Origin: Trueperaceae bacterium | GTDB lineage: Bacteria; Deinococcota; Deinococci; Deinococcales; Trueperaceae | DNA length: 64,000 nt | Direction: 5' to 3' | Assembly (NCBI GenBank): GCA_965214405.1 | Contig: OZ243956.1 | Coordinates: forward strand, 3,936,001 to 4,000,000 | Shown: positions 1 through 10,510 of the stretch, piece after piece | Layout of the letters: each line of letters opens with the position of its first letter | Numbering within the stretch: the first letter of the stretch is position 1 | Translations under genes and position numbers: made by a program | The notes under the pieces: model-generated | Told to the model about the DNA's origin: nothing | Seen by the model: the letters and a program-made list of their open reading frames with translations, nothing else | Database searches by the model: none

Positions 1-122
1 TCAACCTCTTTGGGTTCGGGGGGACGGGCGGCCCGGCGGCCTCTTTGGGAGCGTTCAAAGATGAGGGGGAAGTCGCTTGTTTTTTGCACCTTCTCAGCGG
101 GTTTGGTCAGCACGTCAGCCAT
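1..122 (-). CDS. gcvPB: Glycine dehydrogenase subunit 2, N-terminal part (runs off window)
   Basis: ATG at 122 overlaps the gcvPA end; reads [31 protein letters not shown] (PLIFE-S typical of GcvPB); operon order. Confidence 0.85.
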   Translation of the reverse strand, partial: MADVLTKPAEKVQKTSDFPLIFERSQRGRRAARPPEPKEV

Positions 123-1461
123 GAACGGCCTCCAACGGGCGGGCGCTACGCTCAAGCTCCTTAAGCGCCGTAACAAGAGCGTTTATATCGGCCTCCGTGG
201 TCAGTTCGGTTGCGCAGAGGAGTACCGCGTCGCCGAGACCGTAAGACGTGGGCACGGGCACGCCCGCGTGAATCCCACGCTCAGCCAGCGCCTTGCGGAG
301 CGCCGCCGCCGGGAGAGGCGAGCGCATGACGAATTCGTTGAAGAAGTGGGTACCCGTCAAGACCTCAAAGCCTGCATCTTGGAGCGCGTCAGCGAGTGCG
401 TGCGCGTTCCCGACACTTGCCGTGGCGACCTCCCGCAGCCCCTGTGGCCCCAACGCCGCTAAATTCACCGCCGCCATGAGCGCGGCGAGTTGGTGGTTCG
501 AGCAGATGTTGGATTTGGCCTTCGAGCGGCGGATGTGCTGCTCCCTGGCCTGGAGGGTGAGCACAAACGCGCGCTTGCCCTCCACGTCGGTCGTTTGCCC
601 GACGATGCGCCCCGGAAGCTGCCGCAACAGCGCGTCGATCACGACCATAAAGCCGAAGCTGGGGCCGCCGAAATTCACCGGATTCCCCACCGTCTGCCCG
701 TCGCCCACCGCGACGTCGGCCCCGTAGCCGCCGGGAGCCTTGAGCAGCGCCAAGGAAAGCGGGTCCACCACCGCGACAAAAAGCGCCCCTGCCGCGTGCG
801 CCGCCTCGGCAAGGCGGGGCATGGCTTCAAGATAGCCTAGGAAATTAGGATTTTGGACGATGACGCAGGCAACATCGTCGGATACGTCCAGCTCGGGCGT
901 GAGCAGGTCCTCGAGCCCCACCTCCACAATCTCGGTCTCGAGCGGCCTCAAGTAAGTCGCCAAAACCTCACGCGTCTCAAAATGCACGCCCTTCGAAACC
1001 ATCACCCGGTTTCGCCCCGTCTGCCGGAGCGCCAAAAGCGCTCCCTCCGCGACCGCGCTCGCGCCGTCGTACATCGACGCGTTCGAGACGGGCAGCTTGG
1101 TAAGTTCCGACATCATCGTCTGGTACTCAAAGGTCGCTTGCAGCATCCCCTGCGCCACCTCCGCCTGGTAGGGCGTGTAGGAGGTGACGAACTCGCTCTG
1201 CATCGCTAAGTGCGGCGTGACCGAGGGGATAAAGTGGCGTTGCGGCCCACCGCCCAAAAAGTTGGGACCCTGCACGGTGTTTTTGGCGGCGAGGTCTTCG
1301 AGGTGCCGCATTAAGCTCACCTCGTCCAGACCCGCGGGCAGGTCCATCTCGGGGCGGCGCAACGCCTTGGGCAACTCGGCGAAGAGGTCGTCGAGTGTAT
1401 TTACGCCGATGGTTTGGAGGGCTCGAGCCACATCCTCAAGCGTGTGGGGCAGATAGTTCAT
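115..1461 (-). CDS. gcvPA: Glycine dehydrogenase (decarboxylating) subunit 1
   Basis: [39 protein letters not shown] motifs. Confidence 0.97.
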   Translation of the reverse strand: MNYLPHTLEDVARALQTIGVNTLDDLFAELPKALRRPEMDLPAGLDEVSLMRHLEDLAAKNTVQGPNFLGGGPQRHFIPSVTPHLAMQSEFVTSYTPYQAEVAQGMLQATFEYQTMMSELTKLPVSNASMYDGASAVAEGALLALRQTGRNRVMVSKGVHFETREVLATYLRPLETEIVEVGLEDLLTPELDVSDDVACVIVQNPNFLGYLEAMPRLAEAAHAAGALFVAVVDPLSLALLKAPGGYGADVAVGDGQTVGNPVNFGGPSFGFMVVIDALLRQLPGRIVGQTTDVEGKRAFVLTLQAREQHIRRSKAKSNICSNHQLAALMAAVNLAALGPQGLREVATASVGNAHALADALQDAGFEVLTGTHFFNEFVMRSPLPAAALRKALAERGIHAGVPVPTSYGLGDAVLLCATELTTEADINALVTALKELERSARPLEAVHG

Positions 1462-1844
1462 CCCGCCTCCGCGGTTTTTTGGTACGCGACCGCGTCGAGC
1501 AGTCTGTCCAGCTCGCTTACGTTGCTCGAGCGTATCTTAAAGAGCCAGCCGTCCTCGTAGGGGGACTCGTTGATTCGCTCGGGTGTGGTCTCGAGCGCAC
1601 TGTTTACTTCGACAATGTCGCCCGACACGGGCGCGTAGATGTCCGAGGCCGTCTTGACCGACTCCACCACCGCCACCGCGTCGCCCGCCTTGACGGTCTT
1701 GCCTTTGTTAGGCAGTTCAACAAAGACTACGTCGCCGAGTTGGTCCTGGGCAAAGTCGCTGATGCCGACGGTGACCACGTCGCCTTCACCTTTACGGGTC
1801 CACTCGTGGGTCTCGCTGTACTTCAAATTTTCGGGTGTATTCAT
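1458..1844 (-). CDS. gcvH: Glycine cleavage system H protein
   Basis: [28 protein letters not shown] lipoyl-lysine motif. Confidence 0.98.
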   Translation of the reverse strand: MNTPENLKYSETHEWTRKGEGDVVTVGISDFAQDQLGDVVFVELPNKGKTVKAGDAVAVVESVKTASDIYAPVSGDIVEVNSALETTPERINESPYEDGWLFKIRSSNVSELDRLLDAVAYQKTAEAG

Positions 1845-1883
1845 CGTATCTCCTTACGCTTGCGTCATTCCAGCATAGGCGAT

Positions 1884-2939
1884 TTAGGGCGTGTAGAAGG
1901 GAGGGTCTGCGACAGTCGCCGGAACGTGCCGCCCGCGAATCTCGACTGTGAGAGTCTGCCCGACATTCGCGTAAGCGGCGTCCACCCAACCCATCGCAAT
2001 GCTCTTTTTGGTGAGCGGCGAAACCGTTCCCGAGGTCACCTCTCCGACGCGCTCTCCGTCTAAGAAGAGGCCGTAACCTTCACGCGCGACGCCCCGTTCT
2101 AGCTCGAGCCCCACCAGCCTCCGCCCACACGCCCCGTTCCAGAGCGCGTCACGCCCGTAAAAAGGTTTATCCTTGACCACCCAGGCGTAGCTCGAGCACC
2201 GCGGGTTCGTTCCGTCAGTAAATTCATGACCGTAAAGGGGGAACCCGGCCTCGAGCCGCAGCGTGTCGCGCGCGCCCAAGCCGCAGGGCACCGCGCCCGC
2301 CGCCGTTAATGCTCCCCACACCCCCAGCGCGTCGTCGGGGGAGCAGAAGATTTCAAAGCCGTCCTCGCCCGTGTAGCCCGTGCGCGCGACTTTGATAGGG
2401 GCGGATTGGAGGGTGGTCTTGAGCATTCGGTTCTTCTTGAGCGCGCTTAAATTTGTGTCAACGAGAGGCTCGAGCAGCGCTTCGGCCCGGGGACCTTGCA
2501 AAGCCAGCAGCGCCCATTCACTCGATTCGTCTACCACCCGCGCGTCATAGTCTTCCGCCAACCTCTGCAAATGCGGCACCACCTGCGGCGTGTTGGCGGC
2601 GTTGCACACCACCAGATAGTCATCTTCGCCCTCACAATAGATGTAAAGGTCGTCAATAAGCCCACCCTTATCATTGGGCAGCATCGAGTATTGACCCCGC
2701 CCGGGCGTGAGTTTGGCGGGGTCGTTGAGGGTGGCAAAGCGCAAAAAGTCCGCTGCCCCGCCCCCCGTCACGCGCACCTCGCCCATGTGGCTCACGTCGA
2801 AAAGGCCCGCGCCGCGGCGCACCGCCAGGTGCTCAGACGCGATGCCTTCGTACTGGATGGGCATCTCCCAGCCCGCAAAGTCCACCATCCGCGCGCCATA
2901 TTTTAAGTGCGCGGGATAAAAAGGTGTTCGTTTCATCAT
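1884..2939 (-). CDS. gcvT: Glycine cleavage aminomethyltransferase T
   Basis: FAGWEMP, FDVSHMG, RTGYTGEDGFE, GLGARDTLRLEAG. Confidence 0.97.
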   Translation of the reverse strand: MMKRTPFYPAHLKYGARMVDFAGWEMPIQYEGIASEHLAVRRGAGLFDVSHMGEVRVTGGGAADFLRFATLNDPAKLTPGRGQYSMLPNDKGGLIDDLYIYCEGEDDYLVVCNAANTPQVVPHLQRLAEDYDARVVDESSEWALLALQGPRAEALLEPLVDTNLSALKKNRMLKTTLQSAPIKVARTGYTGEDGFEIFCSPDDALGVWGALTAAGAVPCGLGARDTLRLEAGFPLYGHEFTDGTNPRCSSYAWVVKDKPFYGRDALWNGACGRRLVGLELERGVAREGYGLFLDGERVGEVTSGTVSPLTKKSIAMGWVDAAYANVGQTLTVEIRGRHVPATVADPPFYTP

Positions 2940-3058
2940 CGTCTATGACGATATCACGTGGGCGTGTACGATTTTCGGTGTTTAGTCCCTCTCAAAACAA
3001 CGCGTGACTCGGTGGGGCTGATTCATCAACTCCGCCAAGCCCTCTCTTATGCTGTCCT

Positions 3059-3649
3059 CTAAGTGGTTTGGGCGAGCTTCTCGAGCACCAACTTCGACAC
3101 GCCCCGCAGCGGCTCGAACACGCCCTGAAACTTGGCGGCCACGCCCTCGTAAAACTGCACCTTGCCGGTGGGGTCGAGGATTTTTTTGATCATGTCGGCG
3201 GGCACGGCGTCGGGCAGGTCACGCTTGTTGATCTGAATCACGTACGGCACGTCGCCCAAGGTGAGGTTATATTCTTTCAAGTTTTCGCGGAGGTTGCGTA
3301 AAGACTCGGCGTTCGCGCGTAGGCGGTTGGGCGCGGAGTCGGCGATGAAGACGACCCCATCCACGCCGCGAAGGATGAGTTTGCGCGACGAGTTGTAGAA
3401 CACCTGCCCCGGCACCGTGTAGAGGTGAAAGCGGGTTTTGAAGCCGTTGACCTGACCCAAATCGAGGGGCAGAAAGTCGAAGAAGAGCGTGCGCTCGTCC
3501 TCGGTTGCTAAGCTCACCATCTCGCCCTTGGAGTTCTCGGGTACGCGCTCGTAAATTTTCTTGAGGTTGGTGGTTTTACCCGACATGCCGGGGCCGTAGT
3601 AGACGATTTTGAAGTTGATTTCGCGCGCGGAAAAGTTGATTGTGCTCAT
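3059..3649 (-). CDS. mglA: MglA small GTPase
   Basis: [41 protein letters not shown]. Confidence 0.95.
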   Translation of the reverse strand: MSTINFSAREINFKIVYYGPGMSGKTTNLKKIYERVPENSKGEMVSLATEDERTLFFDFLPLDLGQVNGFKTRFHLYTVPGQVFYNSSRKLILRGVDGVVFIADSAPNRLRANAESLRNLRENLKEYNLTLGDVPYVIQINKRDLPDAVPADMIKKILDPTGKVQFYEGVAAKFQGVFEPLRGVSKLVLEKLAQTT

Positions 3650-4179
3650 TTGTCGCCACCCACTACGTCGCCAGGGATATCGTCAGGGTCATCAGAAAAG
3701 AGGCCGTCGAAAAGCGCCCCGGTGGAGTCGCTCCAGGAGGCGTCAAAGGTCAGGGTGGGCGCTTCGGCGGTGCTCGAGCTTATCGCCTTGCGAATCTCTT
3801 CGACTGCGCGTTTGGTTAAAAGCTTGACCTTGCCTAGCGCCGCCGACGAGTCGAAAATGGTCACCAGCAAGGCCTCGTCGCCAAGTTCTTCCAAATAGGT
3901 GCCGATTTCCTCGCCCTGCTGCACCGTCTCCCGGAAACCGGGCTCGCCCAAGAGCTTGGCGATGGCCGCGTTGGCCGAATAGTTAGACGCCACGAGCGTG
4001 GCGAGCGAGTCGAGCGAGGGCGGCTTGGGTGCCCACAGCGCGCGGCTGTGCATAAGAACGAAGCCCTTGAGGTCGATGATCAGCGCGTAACGCGCGCGGC
4101 TTTTGGTAAGGAGTTCGCTCAAAATGACGTCCACCTGGTCGTAGGTTTCGCCGTAGAGCTCGAGCGACGGTTCTAACAT
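3646..4179 (-). CDS. mglB: MglB roadblock/LC7 GAP protein
   Basis: [27 protein letters not shown] resembles Thermus MglB; overlaps mglA start; TATACT 6 nt before ATG 4179. Confidence 0.9.
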   Translation of the reverse strand: MLEPSLELYGETYDQVDVILSELLTKSRARYALIIDLKGFVLMHSRALWAPKPPSLDSLATLVASNYSANAAIAKLLGEPGFRETVQQGEEIGTYLEELGDEALLVTIFDSSAALGKVKLLTKRAVEEIRKAISSSTAEAPTLTFDASWSDSTGALFDGLFSDDPDDIPGDVVGGDK

Positions 4180-4327
4180 GCCGCGAGTATAGCCCGGGTG
4201 TTGGCGCGCTGGAGGGGGAAAGTTCGCATTGCGCGGGTTCTGGAAGCCTCGCCGACAGGTGTATGTAAACAGGTGTAGGTAAGAAGTGACGTTTGCGTCC
4301 ACGAACGCGCTAGAAAACCCCGTAAAC

Positions 4328-4876
4328 CTAAGCAAGCCCGACGAGGAGCGCGCCGAGCCCCCTTTTTAAGGCGCCCTGGGGTCCGCTCGAGCCGAACAGC
4401 CCGCCCCGCTCCAAGGAGACGAAACCGTGTAGAAAAGACCAGACCGCCACCGCGGCGGCGGTATCGTCCGGGTTGCCCGTCACCTCGCCGACCTGCGCCA
4501 GCACGAAAGTCCAGAGGTCCTTGCCCGGCCCTGGCGCGGCGAGGGTTGGGGCGCGTGGGGCCATCAGCAGATCGTAAAGCGCGGGTCGTGAACGCGCGAA
4601 GTCGAGGTAGGCGTGCGCGAGCGCGGTCACGGCTTCGTGTGGTGCCAGATGCTCCGTCGCCTCTCTCAACCGCTCGAGCAGCAGGCGGCTGCCCTCGTCA
4701 CCCAGCGTGGCCTCGAGCGCGGACCGGTCCGCGTAGTGGCGGTAGAGGCTCGAGACGCTCAGGCTCAGTTCTTTAGCGAGATTTCGCATGGTGAGCGCGT
4801 CCGCGCCGCGCTGCTCGAGCAGGTCCAGCGCGAAAGCGAGTATGGTGTCGGCGTCCGCTTTGGCGGGGTAAGGCAT
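4328..4876 (-). CDS. TetR-family regulator (WHG-type C-terminal domain)
   Basis: HTH LTMRNLAKEL..SLYRHY; WSFLHG. Confidence 0.92.
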   Translation of the reverse strand: MPYPAKADADTILAFALDLLEQRGADALTMRNLAKELSLSVSSLYRHYADRSALEATLGDEGSRLLLERLREATEHLAPHEAVTALAHAYLDFARSRPALYDLLMAPRAPTLAAPGPGKDLWTFVLAQVGEVTGNPDDTAAAVAVWSFLHGFVSLERGGLFGSSGPQGALKRGLGALLVGLA

Positions 4877-4878
4877 AG

Positions 4879-4930
4879 GTGAACAGTGTACGTCTTGACA
4901 ACAAAAGACGCAAGGTGTACAGTGTTCGTC
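4879..4930. promoter_or_regulatory. Divergent promoter with two candidate TetR operators
   Basis: Near-palindromes GAACAGTGTAC and GTACAGTGTTC flank TTGACA between tetR and the divergent gene. Confidence 0.6.
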
Positions 4931-4984
4931 ATAAAGAAGAACAACGTTCTTCTTTGAAGAATCTGATTCAGAAAGGATTTCACC

Positions 4985-5386
4985 ATGATTTCAACAAATG
5001 GCGCGGCTCGAGGCCCATCCGACGCGTGGCATCCTCTTCTCCCTGGCTTCCTTCTCCGTACGGAGGGCGCTGCGCTTCTGACGCTCAGCACGCTGATGTT
5101 TTTTCACCTGGGCGGCTCCTGGATTCTCTTTCTCGCGCTCGTTCTCGCGCCCGACGTTGCCATGCTCGGCTATCTGGCGGGGCCGCGGGTGGGGGCGATG
5201 AGCTACAACCTCGTTCACGCCTACTTGCTTCCCGCTGCGCTTCTCGCTTATGGGTTTTTCGCCGCGGCACCTCCCGCCTTGCTCGTGTCGCTCGTGTGGT
5301 TCGCCCACATCGGCCTCGACCGCACCCTCGGCTACGGCCTCAAATTTCCCACGGGTTTCAAGGAGACGCACTTGGGGCGGCTGTAG
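4985..5386 (+). CDS. DUF4260-like membrane protein
   Basis: LLRTEG, PDVAMLGYLAGPRVGA, YN..H, HIGLDR.LGYGLK, FKETHLG. Confidence 0.85.
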   Translation: MISTNGAARGPSDAWHPLLPGFLLRTEGAALLTLSTLMFFHLGGSWILFLALVLAPDVAMLGYLAGPRVGAMSYNLVHAYLLPAALLAYGFFAAAPPALLVSLVWFAHIGLDRTLGYGLKFPTGFKETHLGRL

Positions 5387-5489
5387 CGCGCAAAGGAGCG
5401 GTTCGCGCTTTGTGCGTAGCGGGTGGGGGGGACGTGGAGGGAAACGCTTGGTAGTCTTGTGGAAGCGTTTCTCAATTCTTAGGAGCCCC

Positions 5490-6143
5490 ATGACCGACCC
5501 CGACACCCTCGAGCCCTCGTCCTCACCAACGAAAAGTGGTTTGGCAAAACTTGGCGACGCGCTCAGCGGGAGCCTCGCCAAAAGCCTCACCAAAAGTCAG
5601 AGTGCGCTGGCGCGGCGGCGTGCGTTGGGGACGGTGTATCTGCTCATCGACTGCTCCTCGAGCATGGCGGACGGTCGCAAGCTCGAGCAGGCGAAGCGGG
5701 GCAGCTTGCGTTTTTCGGTCGAGGCCTGGAGACGGTCACACGCGGTCGGGGTCATCGGCTTTTCGGGGCGGCCCTTTTGCCTCTTTAACGCGCGGCTTTT
5801 TGACGAGAGACTGGCGGGGCGTTTGGGCGAACTCCAGGCGGACGGTCGCACCGCGATGGCGGGCGCGATCCGCATGGCGACCGCCAAGCTGCGGCGGCGG
5901 CGGGGCCAAAGGACCATCATCTTGATTACCGACGGAATGCCCGACAGCCGCGAGGCCACGCTCGCCGCCGCTCACTTCGCCAGGGCGAGCGGTATCGAGG
6001 TCGTCGCCATCGGCACGGACGGCGCGGACGAGCTCTTTCTGGCTTCGCTCACGCCCCGCGCGGAGTTGGCCGTCAAGGTGGCGCGGGGGGCGCTCGAGGA
6101 GAGCATCCACGCGGCGGTGAGGGTCTTGCCCAAGGCGTCTTAA
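5490..6143 (+). CDS. VWA domain protein
   Basis: MIDAS DCSSS..T..ITDG; AGGAG RBS before ATG 5490. Confidence 0.85.
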   Translation: MTDPDTLEPSSSPTKSGLAKLGDALSGSLAKSLTKSQSALARRRALGTVYLLIDCSSSMADGRKLEQAKRGSLRFSVEAWRRSHAVGVIGFSGRPFCLFNARLFDERLAGRLGELQADGRTAMAGAIRMATAKLRRRRGQRTIILITDGMPDSREATLAAAHFARASGIEVVAIGTDGADELFLASLTPRAELAVKVARGALEESIHAAVRVLPKAS

Positions 6144-6199
6144 TATAATGGCGTGTAATGAGTTTTTCGCCCTCGTGATGAATTAGTCCGGCTGCCACT

Positions 6200-6640
6200 A
6201 TGAACCTGAGCAATCTTTTGGGTTTTACATTTGCCGTCATCGTTTCGGCCATCGCCTTGTTACACTTTTACTGGGCGGCAGGGAACCACAAAGGTGCGTC
6301 GTCAGCCGTTCCTACACGTGACGGTCAGCCGCTCTTTAGACCGAGTTCTTTGGCAACGGCTTCTGTGGGGGTGGCCCTTTTGTTGGCTGCTGCGCTTTCG
6401 CTCGAGTACATAGGTGTTTTTGCTTTACCCCTACCCCTCTGGCCAACGTCACTCGGCATGTGGATATTGGGTGCAGTATTTTTACTTCGCGCCGTTGGAG
6501 ATTTCCGTTACGTCGGCTTCTTCAAGCGCCACACGGACACGCGTTTCGCAAGGCTGGACACGCTCTTCTACAGCCCTCTTTGTCTGCTCCTATCCGCCTC
6601 GGTTTTCGGAGCCATCCTTACTGCTTCGCCGCTCGATTAG
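6200..6640 (+). CDS. DUF3995-like membrane protein
   Basis: LHFYWA, RAVGDFRYVGFFK, FARLDT.FYSPLCL. Confidence 0.8.
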   Translation: MNLSNLLGFTFAVIVSAIALLHFYWAAGNHKGASSAVPTRDGQPLFRPSSLATASVGVALLLAAALSLEYIGVFALPLPLWPTSLGMWILGAVFLLRAVGDFRYVGFFKRHTDTRFARLDTLFYSPLCLLLSASVFGAILTASPLD

Positions 6641-6726
6641 GCTTTGTGAGGGTGCTCTGGGTGAGGGTCTTCTGGGGTGTAGGATGCTCGAGCTGCCCCC
6701 ACAAAGCCGCGTGATAGCATCAAACC

Positions 6727-7593
6727 GTGAGCGTCGTTCCCTCCCCAGAACGTAGAACCTTTAAGACGTACCTGGATTTCGTCAAATTCGAACACACCCT
6801 GTTCGCGCTGCCTTTCGCTTACGGCGGGATGCTTTTGGCTGAGCGCGGCTGGCCCGGTTTCGTCACCTTCTTCTGGATTACCGTGGCGATGGTGGGCGCG
6901 CGCACCGCGAGCATGGCGCTCAACCGCGTGATAGACGCCGATATGGACGCGCGCAACCCGCGGACCCGCACGCGCGAGATTCCCAAGGGCGTCCTAACCA
7001 AGCGTAACGGCGTCGTGCTGGCCGTCCTCTCTTTTCTGCTGCTGGGCCTCGCAGGTTGGGCGCTCAACCCGCTCACGCTGGCGCTCCTGCCGGTGGCGGT
7101 GTTTTTTCTGGCGCTCTATCCCTACACCAAGCGCTTTACCCCGCTCTGTCACTACTGGCTGGGGCTTACCATCGGCGCGGCGGCGGCGGGGGGCTGGATC
7201 GCGGTCACGGGCGCGTTTGCGCCCGCCGCCGTCACGCTCTGGGCGGGGGTGGGGTTTTGGATCGCGGGCTTTGACATCCTCTACGCGGTGCTCGACGTTG
7301 ACTTTGACCGCCGCCACGGCGTCCACAGCGTCCCCGCGCGTTTTGGCGTGGACACGGCGCTCCACACCTCCGCGGCGACGCACCTGCTCGCCTGGGGCTG
7401 CCTCGCGCTGACGCTGCCCCTCGCGGGGGCGGGTTGGCCCTACGCCGTGGGTCTTGGACTGGTGGCCGCCGTGCTTGTCAGGGAGCATCAGTTGGTGGCG
7501 ACGAGAGACGTTGGCGACGTGCTCAAATCGTTTAACGCCAATCTTTACGTCGGCCTGATTATGCTCCTGGCGATTATTGTGGATGTCGTTTGA
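6727..7593 (+). CDS. mqnP: UbiA-family prenyltransferase (MqnP-like, futalosine pathway)
   Basis: KFEHTLFALPF, NRVID..DARNPRT, YPYTKRFT, GFDILYA..D. Confidence 0.8.
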   Translation: MSVVPSPERRTFKTYLDFVKFEHTLFALPFAYGGMLLAERGWPGFVTFFWITVAMVGARTASMALNRVIDADMDARNPRTRTREIPKGVLTKRNGVVLAVLSFLLLGLAGWALNPLTLALLPVAVFFLALYPYTKRFTPLCHYWLGLTIGAAAAGGWIAVTGAFAPAAVTLWAGVGFWIAGFDILYAVLDVDFDRRHGVHSVPARFGVDTALHTSAATHLLAWGCLALTLPLAGAGWPYAVGLGLVAAVLVREHQLVATRDVGDVLKSFNANLYVGLIMLLAIIVDVV

Positions 7594-7597
7594 TTTC

Positions 7598-7626
7598 TTG
7601 ACAAGACCGCCGAGAACCCATACACT
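7598..7626 (+). promoter_or_regulatory. Sigma70 promoter of tRNA-Asp
   Basis: TTGACA-17 bp-TACACT. Confidence 0.85.
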
Positions 7627-7646
7627 CTTCTAGGTAAGTTACGCGT

Positions 7647-7722
7647 GGAGCCGTAGTGTAGCGGTTAGCATATCTGCCTGTCACGCAGAAGGTCGCGGGT
7701 TCAAATCCCGTCGGCTCCGCCA
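7647..7722 (+). tRNA. tRNA-Asp(GTC)
   Basis: Acceptor GGAGCCG/CGGCTCC, anticodon GTC, TTCAAAT loop, encoded CCA. Confidence 0.98.
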
Positions 7723-7805
7723 CAAAGCCTCGAGCACGATAATTTCCAGCGCTACCCTTGCATATGACCGTGAGCGTTGTGAGTTATCAGGCTCGAGGCT
7801 TCTTT
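7723..7805 (+). terminator. Long imperfect hairpin after tRNA-Asp
   Basis: AAGCCTCGAGC..GATAA..CAGCGCT / AGCGTTG..TTATC..GCTCGAGGCTT followed by CTTT. Confidence 0.55.
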
Positions 7806-8027
7806 ATGCGTCAACATCTATAATATCTTGAGTCAAGCAGCAACGAGAATTCTACCAAAAAACGATTTTGGGACGATATTTTCTGTGCTCGACGTGTTCC
7901 AGATCAGATGTTACCTGGAGCGCGGGCTCGAGCCCTTCCCCACCCTTTTCTGTATTTTTAACCACCCTTTCACGAGATGTCGTTATATCTCGCACTCTTT
8001 TCTGCCAGACTTTGTTACCTTGCAGGG

Positions 8028-8663
8028 GTGCAACTGCCTCTGTTTCCGCTTTCGCTCGCCGTCTTTCCGGGGATGACCCTGCCGCTTCACATTTTCGAGG
8101 AGCGCTACAAAAAGATGGTGCGGGACTGCGTGGAACAAAATCAGCGGCGTTTTGTGATTGTGCTGGCTAAGCCCGCGGTAGATATTAGCGACCGGGACGC
8201 GCCCCTTTACGACGTGGGCAGTTTTGTTGACATTTTGACGGTATCTGAAAATCCTGACGGCACCTATGACATGCTGGCGCACGGTCAGGAGCGGTGCAAG
8301 GTGCGGGTGACGGAGCGTGAGAGCGTCCAGGAGATGGACGGCTCGACGCGCGGGCTTCTCTACACCGCCGAGGAAGCGTATCCGTTGGGGCGCGGCGACC
8401 CCAACTTAGAGCGCGTCGCCGCCTGGGACGCGCTCGACACCTTTCGGGAGTACGCGCGCACCTTTTTTACGCCCGACGCCGCCGAGCAAATCGACGAGGC
8501 GTTGCCCGACGACCTCGTTTACCAGGCGTCATTCATCTGCGCGAACCTGCGGGTGCCCGTGACGTCGCGTCAGGTGATGCTCGAGGCTCCCTCGCTCACC
8601 GAGCGGTTCAACGTGGCGCAGAGGTTGATGCAGGAGCTGCTTCAGATGAGCCGGGCGTCTTGA
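8028..8663 (+). CDS. LON peptidase N-terminal (PUA-like) substrate-binding domain protein
   Basis: LPLFPL..VFPG..LPLHIFEERY; GTG start after TACCTT. Confidence 0.9.
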   Translation: MQLPLFPLSLAVFPGMTLPLHIFEERYKKMVRDCVEQNQRRFVIVLAKPAVDISDRDAPLYDVGSFVDILTVSENPDGTYDMLAHGQERCKVRVTERESVQEMDGSTRGLLYTAEEAYPLGRGDPNLERVAAWDALDTFREYARTFFTPDAAEQIDEALPDDLVYQASFICANLRVPVTSRQVMLEAPSLTERFNVAQRLMQELLQMSRAS

Positions 8664-8751
8664 TGGTTGATATTAAGTAAGACCGTAAAAACTTCTACGT
8701 TTATGCCGAGAGACCAGCCCGCGCCAAACTAGCGCGGGCTGGGCAGGGTGT

Positions 8752-9273
8752 CTATTGAAATGTTATGAAGGCACGTTCTTCTTCAATGCCGTAGATGATG
8801 TACAGAAACTTGCTGTTCTCGTCTAACGCTCCGTAGTAACCGACCACTGTCACGCCTTTCGCCTCGGTGGTCGTTAGCTTAACATCGTGGGTAACTTCGA
8901 TAACCTCGCCCTTCCTTACTGTTATAGCTCGCTCTACAGACAAAGGTTCGTCATTCGCCACAGTAAGGCCACCGGGCAAAGCTAGAGATTCGCAAACTTC
9001 TTCGGAGCTGGTGATAAGTTCATCAGATGGGATGAAGCACAGGCCGAAGACTGCTCTTGGAATGGTTTCCTCTTCAATCTCGTTAGGTGTTGCGAGAGTG
9101 TATCCGCCCTTTACTGTGACCTCTACAAACTCACCAACTTCAGCGGTGCTTGTACTCACCGTGGCATAGGGAGGAAGACCACTTGCGGGTAGGGCCTTTG
9201 AAGGCGTACAGCCACCAACAAGAGCTGCGAGAAGAGTCAACATCAGGAAAGCTTTAGTTATGGCATCCTCCAT
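8752..9273 (-). CDS. Lipoprotein, tandem paralog copy 5
   Basis: Lipobox LVGGC; shared AVFGLCFIPS core; paralog-equivalent start codon is ATA after GGAGG. Confidence 0.8.
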   Translation of the reverse strand: MEDAITKAFLMLTLLAALVGGCTPSKALPASGLPPYATVSTSTAEVGEFVEVTVKGGYTLATPNEIEEETIPRAVFGLCFIPSDELITSSEEVCESLALPGGLTVANDEPLSVERAITVRKGEVIEVTHDVKLTTTEAKGVTVVGYYGALDENSKFLYIIYGIEEERAFITFQ

Positions 9274-9340
9274 CCAGGGAAAAGTAACAAGAAGGAAGCA
9301 ACACGGCCTACACCAAGCTGATGCGAGCCGTGTTGGGTGC

Positions 9341-9850
9341 CTACTGAAATCTTACAAAGGCGCGCTCTGTCTGAAGATTGCCCACGGGTTCTACAGACTC
9401 GCCATCCTCCCCCAAAAATCCGTGATACCCAACTATGGTCACGCCTTTTGCTTCTGTGGCTGACAGTCGGATGTTGTGGCTTACCTCAACCGTCTCCCCA
9501 TGCCTTACCGTGACATCCTGTACGGTGTACAAGGGCTCACCATCCGCCACGACAAAACCGTCAGGCAGCGATAGGGTGTCGCAATACCTTTCGGAGTCCA
9601 CAGTAAGTTCCTCAGAAGGGATGAAGCAGAGACCGAAGACCGCCTCTGGAATCGTCTGTTCCTCAAAAGTGGAGGATTCTTGGAGTATGAATCCGCTCGT
9701 CACTGTGACCTGTACGAATTCGCCAACCGCGACGATGTTTGAACTTACCGTAACCACGGGCATAAGAACGTCTGCGGGTCTACCTCTTCCAATTGTACAA
9801 CCACTGACAAGAGTTGCAAGGAGAGCCAACATTAGATAAGCCTTGGTCAC
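9341..9850 (-). CDS. Lipoprotein, tandem paralog copy 4
   Basis: Lipobox LVSGC; AVFGLCFIPS core. Confidence 0.88.
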   Translation of the reverse strand: MTKAYLMLALLATLVSGCTIGRGRPADVLMPVVTVSSNIVAVGEFVQVTVTSGFILQESSTFEEQTIPEAVFGLCFIPSEELTVDSERYCDTLSLPDGFVVADGEPLYTVQDVTVRHGETVEVSHNIRLSATEAKGVTIVGYHGFLGEDGESVEPVGNLQTERAFVRFQ

Positions 9851-9934
9851 ACAGTGTCCTTCCTTTATTTTATTTGTGGGTAGTAGGAAGCGAACAACAC
9901 GGCCCGCGTAAGTTATGCGGGCCGTGCAGAGTGG

Positions 9935-10445
9935 CTACTGAAACACTATAAAAGCGCGCTCTTTTTCGATGCCGTAGTGGATGTATATGAACTCGCCGTC
10001 TTCTCCTAATTCCCCGCTATACCCGATAACTGTCACACCTCTTGCCTCGGTGGCCGTTAGCTGAATGCTGTGGGTGACCTCGACAACTTCCCCTTTTCTT
10101 ACCGTTACGGTTCGCTCTATAGACAAAGGTTCGTCATTCGCCACAGCAAAGCCGTCGGGCAAAGCTAAGGATTCGCAAACCTCCTCGGAACTGGTGACAA
10201 GTTCGTTGGACGGGATGAAGCAGAGGCCGAAGACTGCTCTTGAGATGGTTTCTTCTTCAATCAGGTTAGGCGTCCCAAGCCTATAGCCACCTGATCACTG
10301 TGGTCCGCACAAACTTGCCAACTTCAGCGGTACTTGTGCTAGCCGTAGCATAAGGAGGAAGGCTACCTGCTGGTCGAGCCCTTGAAGGTGTGCAACCACT
10401 AATAAGGAAGCCAATGAGAGTTAACACTAAAAAGGCTTTAATCAC
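9935..10445 (-). pseudogene. Lipoprotein, tandem paralog copy 3, frameshifted
   Basis: GTG 10445 MIKAFLVLTLIGFLISGC...; one extra base near 10295 (span 511 = 3n+1); downstream frame continues GGYRLGTPNLIEEETISRAVFGLCFIPS. Confidence 0.85.
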
Positions 10446-10510
10446 GGCAGCCTCCGCGAAGAGTTCAAAAAAGAGCTACAGCCCAAGTTGGCTTGGGCTG
10501 TATGTGATGT

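Noticed and set aside
2940..3058. Glycine riboswitch upstream of gcvT
   Set aside because: The region is short, shows no recognisable aptamer motifs, and a -10-like box lies just before the ATG.
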